Source: Planctomycetota bacterium (GTDB lineage Bacteria; Planctomycetota; PLA2; JAEUHO01). From it: a DNA stretch of 64,000 nt. Where the stretch lies: contig CBDCTJ010000007.1 in NCBI GenBank assembly GCA_965222115.1, positions 448,001-512,000 on the forward strand, written 5' to 3'. The notes below the pieces were generated by a model, which was given only the letters and a program-made list of their open reading frames with translations, had not been told where the DNA came from and did no database searches. The position numbers and the translations under genes are program-made. The number at the start of each line of letters is the position of its first letter. The stretch's first letter is position 1. Shown here piece after piece: positions 20,509 through 30,208 of the stretch.

Positions 20509-21147
20509 GTGCCGTACGCTGTATCTCCTTTGATTTCACCCCGAGCCCTACTCCGCGAACGAGACGCCGCCCTTGCAGCCGTCGGCCGCGAACTGGGTAT
20601 CGCCCAGTGGCCCGACATCCCTGTACTTTGGAATCGGCGCCTGCGTCGTGCGGGACGCGCAGCGGTTGACTCCACCGGTTCACGTTTTGACGCAGCAGAG
20701 ATCGAAATCTCCACGCCCTACTTCGAGGTCTACCCCAACGATTTGCGCGGGATCTTGGTACACGAAGCGGTGCATGTGGGGCTGGCCTACCTCGGTCGTC
20801 CGTTCGGCCACACCCAAGAGTTTCGTGAGGTCTGCGTAGCAGCAGGTGGGTTGCTACACAGCCGCTGGTTGCCAGGTCGCATCTATCTCTATCGCTGTCC
20901 CGTCTGTTCTGAGATTCACGAACGACGGCGACGCGCGTCGGACTCGCGCTGGTGTGCCGACTGTGCAGACAAACACGCGGCAAACGGCCTCAACGCCTAC
21001 GCACCCGAACGGGCCTTGGTACTCGTCCAGACCGCGTTCTTGGGTCCGGAGGAGGCCTACCGGCGATCGAGCCCGGCCTGTGAGAGCGAACCGACCGGCT
21101 CCACCGCCAAACTCGTGCAACCACAGGGAGAGACTGGCGCACAGTGA
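20509..21147 (+). CDS. SprT-like zinc metalloprotease
   Basis: WNRRLRRAGR, HEAVH (HExxH), GHTQEF, C-terminal CPVC/CADC zinc ribbon. Start uncertain (ORF open from 20434). Confidence 0.8.
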   Translation: MPYAVSPLISPRALLRERDAALAAVGRELGIAQWPDIPVLWNRRLRRAGRAAVDSTGSRFDAAEIEISTPYFEVYPNDLRGILVHEAVHVGLAYLGRPFGHTQEFREVCVAAGGLLHSRWLPGRIYLYRCPVCSEIHERRRRASDSRWCADCADKHAANGLNAYAPERALVLVQTAFLGPEEAYRRSSPACESEPTGSTAKLVQPQGETGAQ

Positions 21148-21213
21148 TAGGCTACCGCCTCCACGTTGAGCCCCTCCGCGGCCCGACGACTACGCATGAA
21201 TAGAGGAATCGGT

Positions 21214-22425
21214 ATGCGTTCACATGATGGAGTTTACCTCCCGCGCTTTGTCGGCCGATCGGCCCTTATGGCAACACTGCTCATCGCGGGCTGGATGATT
21301 GCCGCGACATCCGCGTCCGCGGGGGACCGCGTCCCCGATACGGTTGGCCTCGGCCTCGATGCTGCGAAGGCGATGATTGAGCGCGAGGGCTTTACGACTG
21401 GCGTCACCTACGTCAACCAAGGCGCGGAAGGCATCGTCCTCGATCAATCGCCCGCCGGGTTGAGTGCCCAATCGGCCGGAACAAAGGTTGTCTTAACTGT
21501 GCGCGGCCAGGCGCCCCGGCCCGATACGATGCCCGTGGACCCGCCCCACATCCCCGATGACACGCCGTCGCGTACAGATTCAGGCGACAACACGCCCGCA
21601 GCGGCAAACGCCTATGCGAGTTATCCCGCCGACCCTCCACTGAACCTGAATGGACCGGAACTGCCCAACGCGCTTGGCGACCAGCTCTTTGATGCCAAGG
21701 ACAAGCTGCAGGAATGGAATGTGGAAATCGAATACACGCTGGCCGTGCCAAAGCACCGCGGCACCGTAATCAATCAAAGTCCCTACCCGGGCACTCGCTT
21801 GGCCACGGCGGAAACCGTCGTGATTGTGGTCGCGCGAGAAAAGATCGAAGACGATACCGAAGTCCCCACGCCGTCGGTTGACGGCAAGTCGGTACAGCAG
21901 GCCACCTTGGCGCTGGATCAGGCGGGCTTCAAAATCGATGTGCGCACGCGACCCAGTTCGACCGAGCAGGCGGGACGCGTGTTGTCACAACGCCCGCTGG
22001 CGGGCAGCCTCGCCGCACGTGGCACAACGGTCACCGTGCACATTGGTCGTGGCTCCGCCGGTGGCGGCACTCCGTCCGCAACAAAGGGCGCAGGCAACCC
22101 CCCCAAACCCTCCACACTTCCGGCGGGCAACAGTACGGGGTTGTTGCGGGCGCCGGTCTTACGTACACCGCAAGACTCCGACAGCATCCCCACCAACTTT
22201 GGCGTGAGCTTTGACTGGGCGCCCATGTCACAAGCCTCAGAGTTTGATTGGGAGCTGCAACAGGAAATGGCGGGAGGAACGTGGCGTGCCATTGATGTGC
22301 GGCGCGTCAAACAAGGCTTTCGTATGACGTCGCTCAAACGCGGCCGCTACCGCTGGCGTGTGCGCGCGCTCGACGGCACTCGCCCCGGCGACTGGACCCC
22401 CTACCGCTTGCTCTACATCTACTAA
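21214..22425 (+). CDS. PASTA-domain exported protein
   Basis: Three VPxxxG...GxVxxQxP..G PASTA repeats, signal peptide, C-terminal FN3-like YRWRVRA. Confidence 0.8.
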   Translation: MRSHDGVYLPRFVGRSALMATLLIAGWMIAATSASAGDRVPDTVGLGLDAAKAMIEREGFTTGVTYVNQGAEGIVLDQSPAGLSAQSAGTKVVLTVRGQAPRPDTMPVDPPHIPDDTPSRTDSGDNTPAAANAYASYPADPPLNLNGPELPNALGDQLFDAKDKLQEWNVEIEYTLAVPKHRGTVINQSPYPGTRLATAETVVIVVAREKIEDDTEVPTPSVDGKSVQQATLALDQAGFKIDVRTRPSSTEQAGRVLSQRPLAGSLAARGTTVTVHIGRGSAGGGTPSATKGAGNPPKPSTLPAGNSTGLLRAPVLRTPQDSDSIPTNFGVSFDWAPMSQASEFDWELQQEMAGGTWRAIDVRRVKQGFRMTSLKRGRYRWRVRALDGTRPGDWTPYRLLYIY

Positions 22426-22445
22426 CGCTCGCCCTACCACTCCCA

Positions 22446-22533
22446 TGCGCCAAAAATACCTGGTTTTTGTGGCGCATTGCTCGTCAGCGGCCTGATTCTT
22501 CGTGCGCCAGAAATACCTGGTATTCCTGGCGCA
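22446..22533. repeat. Second pair of 31-bp imperfect palindromes (REP-like)
   Basis: TGCGCCAAAAATACCTGGTTTTTGTGGCGCA (22446-22476) and TGCGCCAGAAATACCTGGTATTCCTGGCGCA (22503-22533); reverse complements of the 13.2-kb units, lying between convergent genes. Confidence 0.8.
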
Positions 22534-22546
22534 CCCGAGGGCGCGA

Positions 22547-23905
22547 CTAGTCCGTGCTGCCTTCTTTGATGCGGGTGCGTTTGCGGGAAGCAGCGAGGGT
22601 GCGGTAGGCCTCTTCGTGGCTGGGTTCCCAGCGCGTTACGACATTGCCGCCGCGGTGCTTGGACGCAAAAAGCGCGTGATCGGCCAAGGTGAGCAAAACG
22701 TCGGTCGCCTTGCCCTCAACGTCTTCAATGTCTTCAGACGTGGCGAGTCCTAAGCTCACGCGCGCCGGCGTATTGCCTTCGGGGCCATGCCCACGTTCGG
22801 CCACCGACGCGCGCAGTCGTTCGGCAACTTGCATGGCCGCGTCCGCATCGGTGTTGGGCAGGAGAATCACAAACTCATCACCACCGTAGCGAGCAAGCAC
22901 GTCACCCTCACGCAGGCCGGCGCGAAGCACACGGGCAACATCCACAATCACCGCATCGCCCATCGCGTGACCCAACGTGTCATTGATGTCTTTGAACCCG
23001 TCTTGGTCAACCATCAATACGGATAGTGGGTCGCCATAGCGTTGCGCACGCGCCATTTCACGATCAAGCACCTCATGGAAATGCCCGCGGTTATAGAGTC
23101 CCGTCAATACGTCGCGTGAAGCCTGCTCGGCAAGGCGGCGGTTGGCGGCGCGAAGGGCTTCTTCCATGGCCACGCGGTCCGAAACATCTCGCAGCGTGAG
23201 CACCAAGCCGTCCATGCGCCCGCCTGCGCGACGAATCGGCGAGAGTGTCACAATGCAGGGCACGCGATCACCGCGAGCCGTATGCACATCCACTTCACCG
23301 GCCCATTCACCCCCCACATGGATCGCGGCAAAGAGGTCGGCCTTAACACGGGGTTCATCGTCGAGCGGAAAAAGCTCCGACATGCTCGTGGCACCTGCGT
23401 CTTTGGACTTGCGGCCCAGCAAACGCGTGCACGCATCATTCATGTAACGCACATTTCCTGCGCGGTCGGTAATGAGCACGGACGCCGCAGTGCTTTCCAG
23501 TGCGTCGGCCAGACGTGAATTGCTATCGCGCGCCGAGGTGCGATCTTTCGCGGCATCAATGCGCGCCACCAATGTCTGGAGGTAGTCGCCCTCATCGTCG
23601 GTCACGATGAAATCGATGGCGCCGAGACGTGTGGCCTCGACCCAACGCGCACCCGCGCCATCACTTCCCAAAATGACAATCGGAACGGGCGTGGCCATGC
23701 GTACGGACGCTTGCAAAAAATCAAGCGCCGCCATATCGCTCAGACGCTCTTCCATGAGCACCAAGTCGGGTGCCGCGGGGCGGGCGAGTGCAGCCAGAGC
23801 GGCACTGCCGGTGCCCACCAGCGACACCTGATGGCCGGTGGCCTGCAGCGTGGACTCCATCACGCGAGCACGCTCTTTGTTGTGTTCAACGATGAGAATG
23901 TGCAT
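22547..23905 (-). CDS. Diguanylate cyclase, REC-PAS-GGDEF
   Basis: DxDxFKxINDxxGH, RxxD I-site (REGD), ARYGGDEF; PAS/PAC domain; degenerate receiver. Confidence 0.9.
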   Translation of the reverse strand: MHILIVEHNKERARVMESTLQATGHQVSLVGTGSAALAALARPAAPDLVLMEERLSDMAALDFLQASVRMATPVPIVILGSDGAGARWVEATRLGAIDFIVTDDEGDYLQTLVARIDAAKDRTSARDSNSRLADALESTAASVLITDRAGNVRYMNDACTRLLGRKSKDAGATSMSELFPLDDEPRVKADLFAAIHVGGEWAGEVDVHTARGDRVPCIVTLSPIRRAGGRMDGLVLTLRDVSDRVAMEEALRAANRRLAEQASRDVLTGLYNRGHFHEVLDREMARAQRYGDPLSVLMVDQDGFKDINDTLGHAMGDAVIVDVARVLRAGLREGDVLARYGGDEFVILLPNTDADAAMQVAERLRASVAERGHGPEGNTPARVSLGLATSEDIEDVEGKATDVLLTLADHALFASKHRGGNVVTRWEPSHEEAYRTLAASRKRTRIKEGSTD

Positions 23906-23965
23906 GTCGTGCTCGCGGGACTTGCCGCAAGACCGCCTTGCGAACGAAATCGACTACCAAAGGAT

Positions 23966-24733
23966 CTACCCCATGATGGCGTAGCCACCATCGATCACGA
24001 TGGTCTGGCCAACCATTTGGGCCGCCAAGGGACTCGCCAAGAAGAGCGCCGCGTCGGCCACGTCGGCCGGCTCGGTCAACCGGCCGCGCGGAGTGCGGCG
24101 GGCGCTTTCGTCGAGCAGTTGGGACCGATTGGGAAAATACTTCAATGCATCTGTATCGACCACGCCGGCCGATATGGCATTGACCAATATTCCCTTCGGC
24201 GCCAATTCGATTGCCAAATGGCGCACGAGGCTCTCCAAAGCCGCTTTACTTGCACCAACGGCGGCATAGTTGGGAATCGCCCGAACTGCCCCCAGGCTCG
24301 ACACGGCAATGATCCGGCCGGTCCCCTCAGGCATGAGGGGCACGCCATTTTGGGCCAAAGGCAAAAGCGCGCGCGCGTTGATATCGAGCGTCCAATGCCA
24401 GTGCCGGGGCGTGAGTTCCATGGCGGGCTTGATGACGCCGGACGCGGCATTGCTCACCAGAATGTCGAGCTTGCCGAATTTCTCGCCAATCGCCTCAAAC
24501 ATCCCGCCCAGGCTCTCGTCCTTGGCGACATTGCATTTGTAGAGCAACGCCTGCTGCCCGAATGACTCCACCCCCCGCGCCGTGTCCTCCGCAGGACCCC
24601 GGTTTCTGAGGTAGTTGATGGCCACATCGCAACCCGCTTCGGCCAGGCGTAGAGCGATGGCGCGCCCAATTCCTCGACTACCGCCGGTGACTAAGGCCTT
24701 CTTGCCGCGTAGGTCGATTCCGACTCCGGACAT
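23966..24733 (-). CDS. fabL: Enoyl-ACP reductase FabL-like SDR
   Basis: TGGSRGIG, NAASGV, Y-x6-K (YAAVGASK), VDTDALKYFP. Confidence 0.8.
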   Translation of the reverse strand: MSGVGIDLRGKKALVTGGSRGIGRAIALRLAEAGCDVAINYLRNRGPAEDTARGVESFGQQALLYKCNVAKDESLGGMFEAIGEKFGKLDILVSNAASGVIKPAMELTPRHWHWTLDINARALLPLAQNGVPLMPEGTGRIIAVSSLGAVRAIPNYAAVGASKAALESLVRHLAIELAPKGILVNAISAGVVDTDALKYFPNRSQLLDESARRTPRGRLTEPADVADAALFLASPLAAQMVGQTIVIDGGYAIMG

Positions 24734-24806
24734 GCTCCCTCCCAGAAGCGAAGAACTAACGGTACCTTACCAAGATCGCTCAACGTCCAGACGATAGGGA
24801 GTTTTT

Positions 24807-25130
24807 ATGAGCCGCCCTCAAATCGGCCGCCTGTTTCTGTTTCTAATGCTCACACCGATGGTCTCGGTAGGGAGCGTAGGCTGTTCGGGATTGCCATCGA
24901 GCCAACAAACGCCTACCGCATTCGGGGCCCCGGATAGCGACGACCCACTCCGTGATACCACGGCCCGAGGCGACCGCTCGCCCGTGGTGGGTCGCACACC
25001 GGGAGCGCCGCCCGTTAGCAACATGCCCCGCGGCGCCTCGAGCGATTCCGGTTCGCGCTTTGCCAATGCGTCAGCACCGGTAGGTGGGCTGGTGGTTGAA
25101 ACGCCCCCCATCCAACGATCGGGTGGATAA
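24807..25130 (+). CDS. Hypothetical small lipoprotein-like protein
   Basis: GGGAG RBS, hydrophobic N-terminus with VGC, low-complexity tail. Confidence 0.45.
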   Translation: MSRPQIGRLFLFLMLTPMVSVGSVGCSGLPSSQQTPTAFGAPDSDDPLRDTTARGDRSPVVGRTPGAPPVSNMPRGASSDSGSRFANASAPVGGLVVETPPIQRSGG

Positions 25131-25186
25131 CGCACTCGCACACGTGCGGACGTAGGTTGGATCAAGAGAGGCATCACACACGACGT

Positions 25187-25924
25187 ATGCGAATCGCGTT
25201 CACCTTGTTGCTGCTCCTGGCCTTCGCGGGCGCAGCGTTTTGGATCGTTCAGGGTGAGGATACCCCTCGTCGGCCCATCGATTTTGAACCTACATCCTAT
25301 GACTTTGGCCGCGTGCGCGTTGGCGAGATACGCGACCTCACGCTTACGCTCTCCAACACAACGCAACGACAAATCAGTGTCATCTGCAAAACAAATTGCG
25401 CATGCGTTAAGCTCGGGCAAGGGGCCACGGGCAGCATGGAGCCGGGCGAGACCCGCGATGTCTATATTCGGGTGCAGCCCTCGCATCCGCTTTCGATTCA
25501 AGGCAAGAAGTTACAAATTTACACCAACCATCCGGATCAACAATACGCCGAGATCCCCTTTCAGGGCGTCATCGTTGCGCCCTTCTTGGTACATCCGTTT
25601 CCCCTACGTCTGGGCGCGCTCGACACCATCGATGCGCTTCGCGGGCCTCATACAGCAGTGATCAAACCGGGCGAAGGGTTTACGATTCGCATGCACAAGG
25701 TTGAACCAGATCCCCGTGGCCTGTTCAACGTGACAACCACGAAGAACGAAGACGGTACGATTGCTGTGACAGCGACGCTCGCTGAAGGGAAACGCCCCAA
25801 CCCAGGCCGTTTCGGCGCGGCGCATAAGATTCATATGCATGTCCACGAAGGTACGGAAGCACCCACTCGCATGGCGGGCACCGTTCGTATTGAAGGCTTT
25901 TGGCGCGGCGATAAGGACAAGTAA
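25187..25924 (+). CDS. DUF1573-like Ig-fold exported protein
   Basis: YDFGRV...LSNT...NCACV...MEPGE...IYTNHP; signal/anchor. Confidence 0.7.
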   Translation: MRIAFTLLLLLAFAGAAFWIVQGEDTPRRPIDFEPTSYDFGRVRVGEIRDLTLTLSNTTQRQISVICKTNCACVKLGQGATGSMEPGETRDVYIRVQPSHPLSIQGKKLQIYTNHPDQQYAEIPFQGVIVAPFLVHPFPLRLGALDTIDALRGPHTAVIKPGEGFTIRMHKVEPDPRGLFNVTTTKNEDGTIAVTATLAEGKRPNPGRFGAAHKIHMHVHEGTEAPTRMAGTVRIEGFWRGDKDK

Positions 25925-25981
25925 TCACGTGCATGGTTTCGAGGGTATCTACAGGTAACGCGGCGACGAGGAACGACGGCC

Positions 25982-26878
25982 ATGGAACTACGGCAGCTTG
26001 AATCGTTTCTTGAGGTGGTGCGCACCGGGAGCTTTACGGCCGCGGCCAAAGGACTCAAACTCACCCAACCGGGGGTGAGTCTGCACATCAAGGCCCTGGA
26101 AGAGGAGACCGGCGCCACGCTGCTGCATCGCGGCGGCAAAGCCCTGCGCCTGACACCCGCCGGTGAGGTGTTCTTGGATGCTGCCGATCGCGCCCTGGGC
26201 TTGTTGGCTGATAGCAAACGGAAAATTGCCGAACTCACGGCGCCCGAGCGTGGTCATGTCACACTTGCCTGCGGCGATACCGTTGCCATGCATATGCTGC
26301 CCGGCGTCTTGGCAGCGTTTCGAAAGCAGCATCCGCAAGCCGAAACGCGCATTCGAAACCACCGCTCCCAAGTGTGTATTGAGCGCGTATTGGCGCGGGA
26401 AGCCGATCTTGCGATCGTGACGCGTCCTCCGTGGTTGGATCCTGCGTTGTGGCACCGTGTGTTGTTGGAAGACCCGCTCAGCTTGGTGCTTCCGAAGAAA
26501 CATCCACTCGCGCGCAATCCCGATACCGAGTTGACGGCGCTGAATGAGCATCCGGCCGTCCTGCTTGCCAAGCCCGCCGAAACGCGCGCACTCACCGAGC
26601 GTGGCCTGCGTGAGATGGGCGTAACGCCGCATGTGGTGATGGAGTCGGGCAACTTGGAAGTTGTCAAGCGCTACGTCCGCGCGGGCATTGGATGGAGTGT
26701 CGTTCCGAATATGGCGCTCACCGATACCGAGAAACGGTCGTTCGTCATTCGCGCGTTACCCAAACGCTTTCCGGTGCGGCGGATGGTGCTCTTGAGGCGC
26801 CGCGACCGAACGCCCACTTTGCTGGTGACCGATATGCTAAAACTCGTTGCCGCCGAATTTCGGGGTGCGGGTACCTAG
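25982..26878 (+). CDS. LysR family transcriptional regulator
   Basis: MELRQLESF...GSFTAAAKGLKLTQPGVSLHIKALEEE...LTPAG HTH plus substrate-binding domain. Confidence 0.95.
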   Translation: MELRQLESFLEVVRTGSFTAAAKGLKLTQPGVSLHIKALEEETGATLLHRGGKALRLTPAGEVFLDAADRALGLLADSKRKIAELTAPERGHVTLACGDTVAMHMLPGVLAAFRKQHPQAETRIRNHRSQVCIERVLAREADLAIVTRPPWLDPALWHRVLLEDPLSLVLPKKHPLARNPDTELTALNEHPAVLLAKPAETRALTERGLREMGVTPHVVMESGNLEVVKRYVRAGIGWSVVPNMALTDTEKRSFVIRALPKRFPVRRMVLLRRRDRTPTLLVTDMLKLVAAEFRGAGT

Positions 26879-26971
26879 CGATTTATCAAACGCGCAGCCA
26901 TGCCGGTCGGTTCGTGTGCATCGGGCGCGTGTTTTTTGCTTCCGCCGCGGGGCACGACGTACTCTGAGCCC

Positions 26972-27931
26972 ATGCGCATCATGCTTACCGGCGCCGCCGG
27001 TCAAATCGGTACCGATCTCCTGCCCCTGTTGGTGGCACGCGGCGATGACGTCATGGCATTTGATCTTGCGCCGCGCCCGTCTACCTGTCCAGACGGTGTG
27101 ACGTGGCACCGGGGTGATGTGACCTACGAGGGTGAAGTGTTGGAAGCCGTCGCGGCCTTTCGACCGGAACGAATTCTCCACTTTGCGGCCATCCTGTCGG
27201 CATCGGGCGAGAAGGTTCCTCACCGTGCGTACCGCGTCAACATGGACGGCACAAGGCACGTGTTGGAGGCCGCGCGACTGTTCAACGTAAAGCAAGTGTT
27301 CTTCACAAGCACCATCGCCGTATTTGGCGAAGGCCTACCCGCAACTGTGGGTGACGATGTTTCGCTGGTGCCCAGCACGATGTACGGCATTACCAAGGTT
27401 GCGGGCGAACTCTTGGGTGCCTATTACGAAGACAAGTACGGCATCGACTTTCGCGGGGTGCGCTTCCCGGGACTGATCAACGCGGGTATCCCCGGCGGCG
27501 GCACGAGTGACTACGCGCTATTTATGTTCGTAGAGGGCGTGCGCGTGGGCTCGTACGAATCCTTTGTACATGAGAAGAGTCGCATCCCGTTCATGTACAT
27601 GCCCGATGCCCTGCGAGCGGTACTGGAATTGTCCGACGCGCCCAAAAAGGGGCTCACGAGGCACGTGTACAACATTGCAGCCATGTCACCCACCGCTGAA
27701 GCATTCGCCGCCGCCGTGCGCGCGCGTGTGCCGGGCGTAACGCTCACCTTCAAGTCCGATCCCGAGCGCCAAGCGATCCTCGACTCGTGGCCCGAAGCGC
27801 TTGACGACAGCAACGCACGAAACGACTGGGATTGGAAACACGAGTTTGACCTCGAGGCCATGGCCGACGACTTGCTTCCTCGGGTCCACGCACTCGTTGC
27901 AAAACAGGGCGCGACGCATGCGTCGCATTGA
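26972..27931 (+). CDS. NAD-dependent epimerase/dehydratase, SDR-type L-threonine 3-dehydrogenase-like
   Basis: TGAAGQIG, AAILSASGE, STIAVFG, MYGITK, PGGGTSDYA, RQAILDSWP. Confidence 0.8.
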   Translation: MRIMLTGAAGQIGTDLLPLLVARGDDVMAFDLAPRPSTCPDGVTWHRGDVTYEGEVLEAVAAFRPERILHFAAILSASGEKVPHRAYRVNMDGTRHVLEAARLFNVKQVFFTSTIAVFGEGLPATVGDDVSLVPSTMYGITKVAGELLGAYYEDKYGIDFRGVRFPGLINAGIPGGGTSDYALFMFVEGVRVGSYESFVHEKSRIPFMYMPDALRAVLELSDAPKKGLTRHVYNIAAMSPTAEAFAAAVRARVPGVTLTFKSDPERQAILDSWPEALDDSNARNDWDWKHEFDLEAMADDLLPRVHALVAKQGATHASH

Positions 27932-27973
27932 GCCTCGCATTACTGCCTTCGAAGGAATCTACGACCAGCGAGC

Positions 27974-29446
27974 CTACTTCTTTTCGCGTTCCGTGAGCGT
28001 CTCTAGCCAACGTAGCGCGACGGGCTCTTGTCCGCCTCGCTCGACGTACGCACGCAGCGCTTCGAGAGCACCCTTCGCATCGCGGCGATGATCGCCGCGA
28101 ATAACGGCGATGTGAAACCAGGGCGTCGCATCCTTGGCATCCTTGCTCGCGGCTTCTAGGAACGCGGCCTCCGCGCGCTTCCACTTGCGACTTTCCATCA
28201 GAATGAACCCAAGGTGCATGCGAAGCCTGGCATCGTCGGGAGCAATTTCGATCGCGTCGCGCATCGCATGGGCGGCACGCGTGGTCTGTTGATCCTTGAC
28301 CAGGGCCAGGGACAGTGCCGTTGGGTATCGCGCCTTGGTTTGGTCCAGGCGGCACGCGAGCTGATAGCGGCGAATCGAGAGCTTAACTCGTCCCGCATGC
28401 TCGTAGGCAACTCCTCGAAGGAATTCGATATGCGCGTTTCGTTTGGCGATTCGAGACGCACGCTCAAGCACGCGGATGGCCGCTTTGGGATCGGCCAGAC
28501 GAATCTCGAGCACACCCATATGGATCAACGTGTTGACGTGTTTGGCGTTAATCGCATGAGCCCGCTGGAGAGTTTGTCGTGCTAGCGCAAACTCCTCGAT
28601 ATCGATGTAGGCGGCGCCAAGCGCGGCAAGCGTCTCAAGGTCGGTACCCGCATGCTTCATCGCAGCGCCATAGGACTCGCGGCATGCGTCCAACTTGCCC
28701 TGCATGCACTGAATCAGTCCAAGATGCAGGTGCGCGCCCGGCGATACCGGGCGCTTTTCAACCAGTCGAGATGCCAAGGCGTGGGCCTCGCCCAGACGAT
28801 CGCTCTGCGCGAGCACTAAAATGAGACGACGTTGTGCGGCATCATTCGTCGAATCGAGCCGCATGGCACGTCGAAAAGCCGCTTCTGCATGTTCAAGATC
28901 ACTGGCTCGTTCCAATCGCTGACCCGCAAGGACCCATGCATCGGACTCCCCAGCAAGCTCTGCCAAGGCAACCGCCGTGTCCGCGGCTCTGCGCGCGTTG
29001 GCCTCCACATGCGTTTCGGCATTCACAAGGGACCGCAGCACGCGCACACGCGTGCTTTCACTGGCCGGCATGTTTGCATCGGTGGCGCTGCGCATCATGC
29101 GAAGTCCACGCTGCCCACCCATCAATCGTCCGTAAAGGAAGGCTGCCACGGTGCACGTTGGATGCTTTCGGTGGATTGTTCGAAAGAGACTCCGCGCATC
29201 CGATCCGCGACCGTCTGCCAGCATGCGTTCCAGCAAATCCAAGCCATACGTCCATCGCGAAGCCACAGTATGCCAATTGGCGTCAACGGAGCCTGAGCGT
29301 GCCTGGTCGGGAACTACCCCTGCGCTGGAAGGCGGCTCCTCCGCGCTGCCAATCCCTGTCATGAACAACAGCGTGCCCACAAGCGCTGCAACGGCGTACC
29401 GACTGCGGTGTGTGCGGCGTCGAACGGTTCGATTGAAACCCGTCAT
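27974..29446 (-). CDS. Exported TPR-repeat protein
   Basis: Signal peptide and many TPR-like helices; GGAGG RBS before ATG 29446. Confidence 0.8.
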   Translation of the reverse strand: MTGFNRTVRRRTHRSRYAVAALVGTLLFMTGIGSAEEPPSSAGVVPDQARSGSVDANWHTVASRWTYGLDLLERMLADGRGSDARSLFRTIHRKHPTCTVAAFLYGRLMGGQRGLRMMRSATDANMPASESTRVRVLRSLVNAETHVEANARRAADTAVALAELAGESDAWVLAGQRLERASDLEHAEAAFRRAMRLDSTNDAAQRRLILVLAQSDRLGEAHALASRLVEKRPVSPGAHLHLGLIQCMQGKLDACRESYGAAMKHAGTDLETLAALGAAYIDIEEFALARQTLQRAHAINAKHVNTLIHMGVLEIRLADPKAAIRVLERASRIAKRNAHIEFLRGVAYEHAGRVKLSIRRYQLACRLDQTKARYPTALSLALVKDQQTTRAAHAMRDAIEIAPDDARLRMHLGFILMESRKWKRAEAAFLEAASKDAKDATPWFHIAVIRGDHRRDAKGALEALRAYVERGGQEPVALRWLETLTEREKK

Positions 29447-29469
29447 GGCAACCTCCACGAGTGTTCCGT

Positions 29470-30030
29470 CTACTTGCTACCCGTGGTACGAAGAAGGTCT
29501 CGCAGTAACTCTCGCGTGAGATTCTTCAGCAACTGTGACTGACAGGCACCTCGTGCATCCGTCGCGGCCTGCTTCACTTTCTGCTTACGGCCATCCGCAG
29601 GCTTGGGCTTCTTGTTCTTGGTTTTCTTGGCTGGCGCTGGTGCGCGTCCTGGCGCTCCTCCATTCGGGCCGCCGTTACCGGCGCCCGGATTCCCGCCGTT
29701 GTTACCGCCGTTGTTGCCGCCGTTGTTACCGCCGTTGTTGCCGCCGTTGTTACCGCCGTTGTTGCCGCCGCCCGGGCGACCACCGCCTCCTCCTGGATTT
29801 CCACCTCCATTATTGCCGCCACCCATCGTGCCGCCGCCGTTGTTACCGCCGCCGTTGTTGCCGCCGCCGTTGTTGCCGCCGCCCCCACCAAAGACGCCAT
29901 TACCACCCCTGGCTTCGGCCTGATTTAGATCTGCATGGGAACTCCACTGTCCTAGCCCCCCAAACGTTATGAGTGCCGCCGCGACGCAACCGACTGCCAC
30001 CGCTGAAGTCCTGAGAATTTGAGTACGCAT
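29470..30030 (-). CDS. Secreted Gly/Asn-rich low-complexity protein
   Basis: AAGGAG RBS, hydrophobic N-terminus, (GGNN)n/(GGGNN)n core, Lys-rich segment, C-terminal amphipathic helix. Confidence 0.75.
   Translation of the reverse strand: MRTQILRTSAVAVGCVAAALITFGGLGQWSSHADLNQAEARGGNGVFGGGGGNNGGGNNGGGNNGGGTMGGGNNGGGNPGGGGGRPGGGNNGGNNGGNNGGNNGGNNGGNNGGNPGAGNGGPNGGAPGRAPAPAKKTKNKKPKPADGRKQKVKQAATDARGACQSQLLKNLTRELLRDLLRTTGSK
29693..29770. repeat. Coding tandem repeat, 6.5 x 12 bp
   Basis: CCGCCGTTGTT(A/G) with alternating A/G, i.e. a 24-bp higher-order unit x3. A related 15-bp unit x3 lies at 29831-29883. Confidence 0.9.
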
Positions 30031-30060
30031 TGTTCGATCTCCTTTGAAGGACTTTCCGTT

Positions 30061-30077
30061 GGCAATCTCCGTGCCGT
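30061..30077 (-). promoter_or_regulatory. sigma54 (-24/-12) promoter
   Basis: Minus strand ACGGCACGGAGATTGCC = GG-N10-GC with GGCACG...TTGC, ~30 bp upstream of the Gly/Asn gene and adjacent to a sigma54 activator. Confidence 0.75.
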
Positions 30078-30208
30078 TCATTGCTCTTGCCTGCGAGACC
30101 CCCATTTGTTGGGGACATAGAGTGCCACACGCACGAGATGGGCTCGAGCAGCTCGACAATTGCGTCGAAGTCATATACAAACTCGCACAGCCCTGTCGAT
30201 GACCTCAG

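Noticed and set aside
29603-29923. Poly-Pro/Leu ORF on the plus strand
   Set aside because: Antisense reading of the GGNN repeat; the minus-strand gene has the RBS, signal peptide and promoter.
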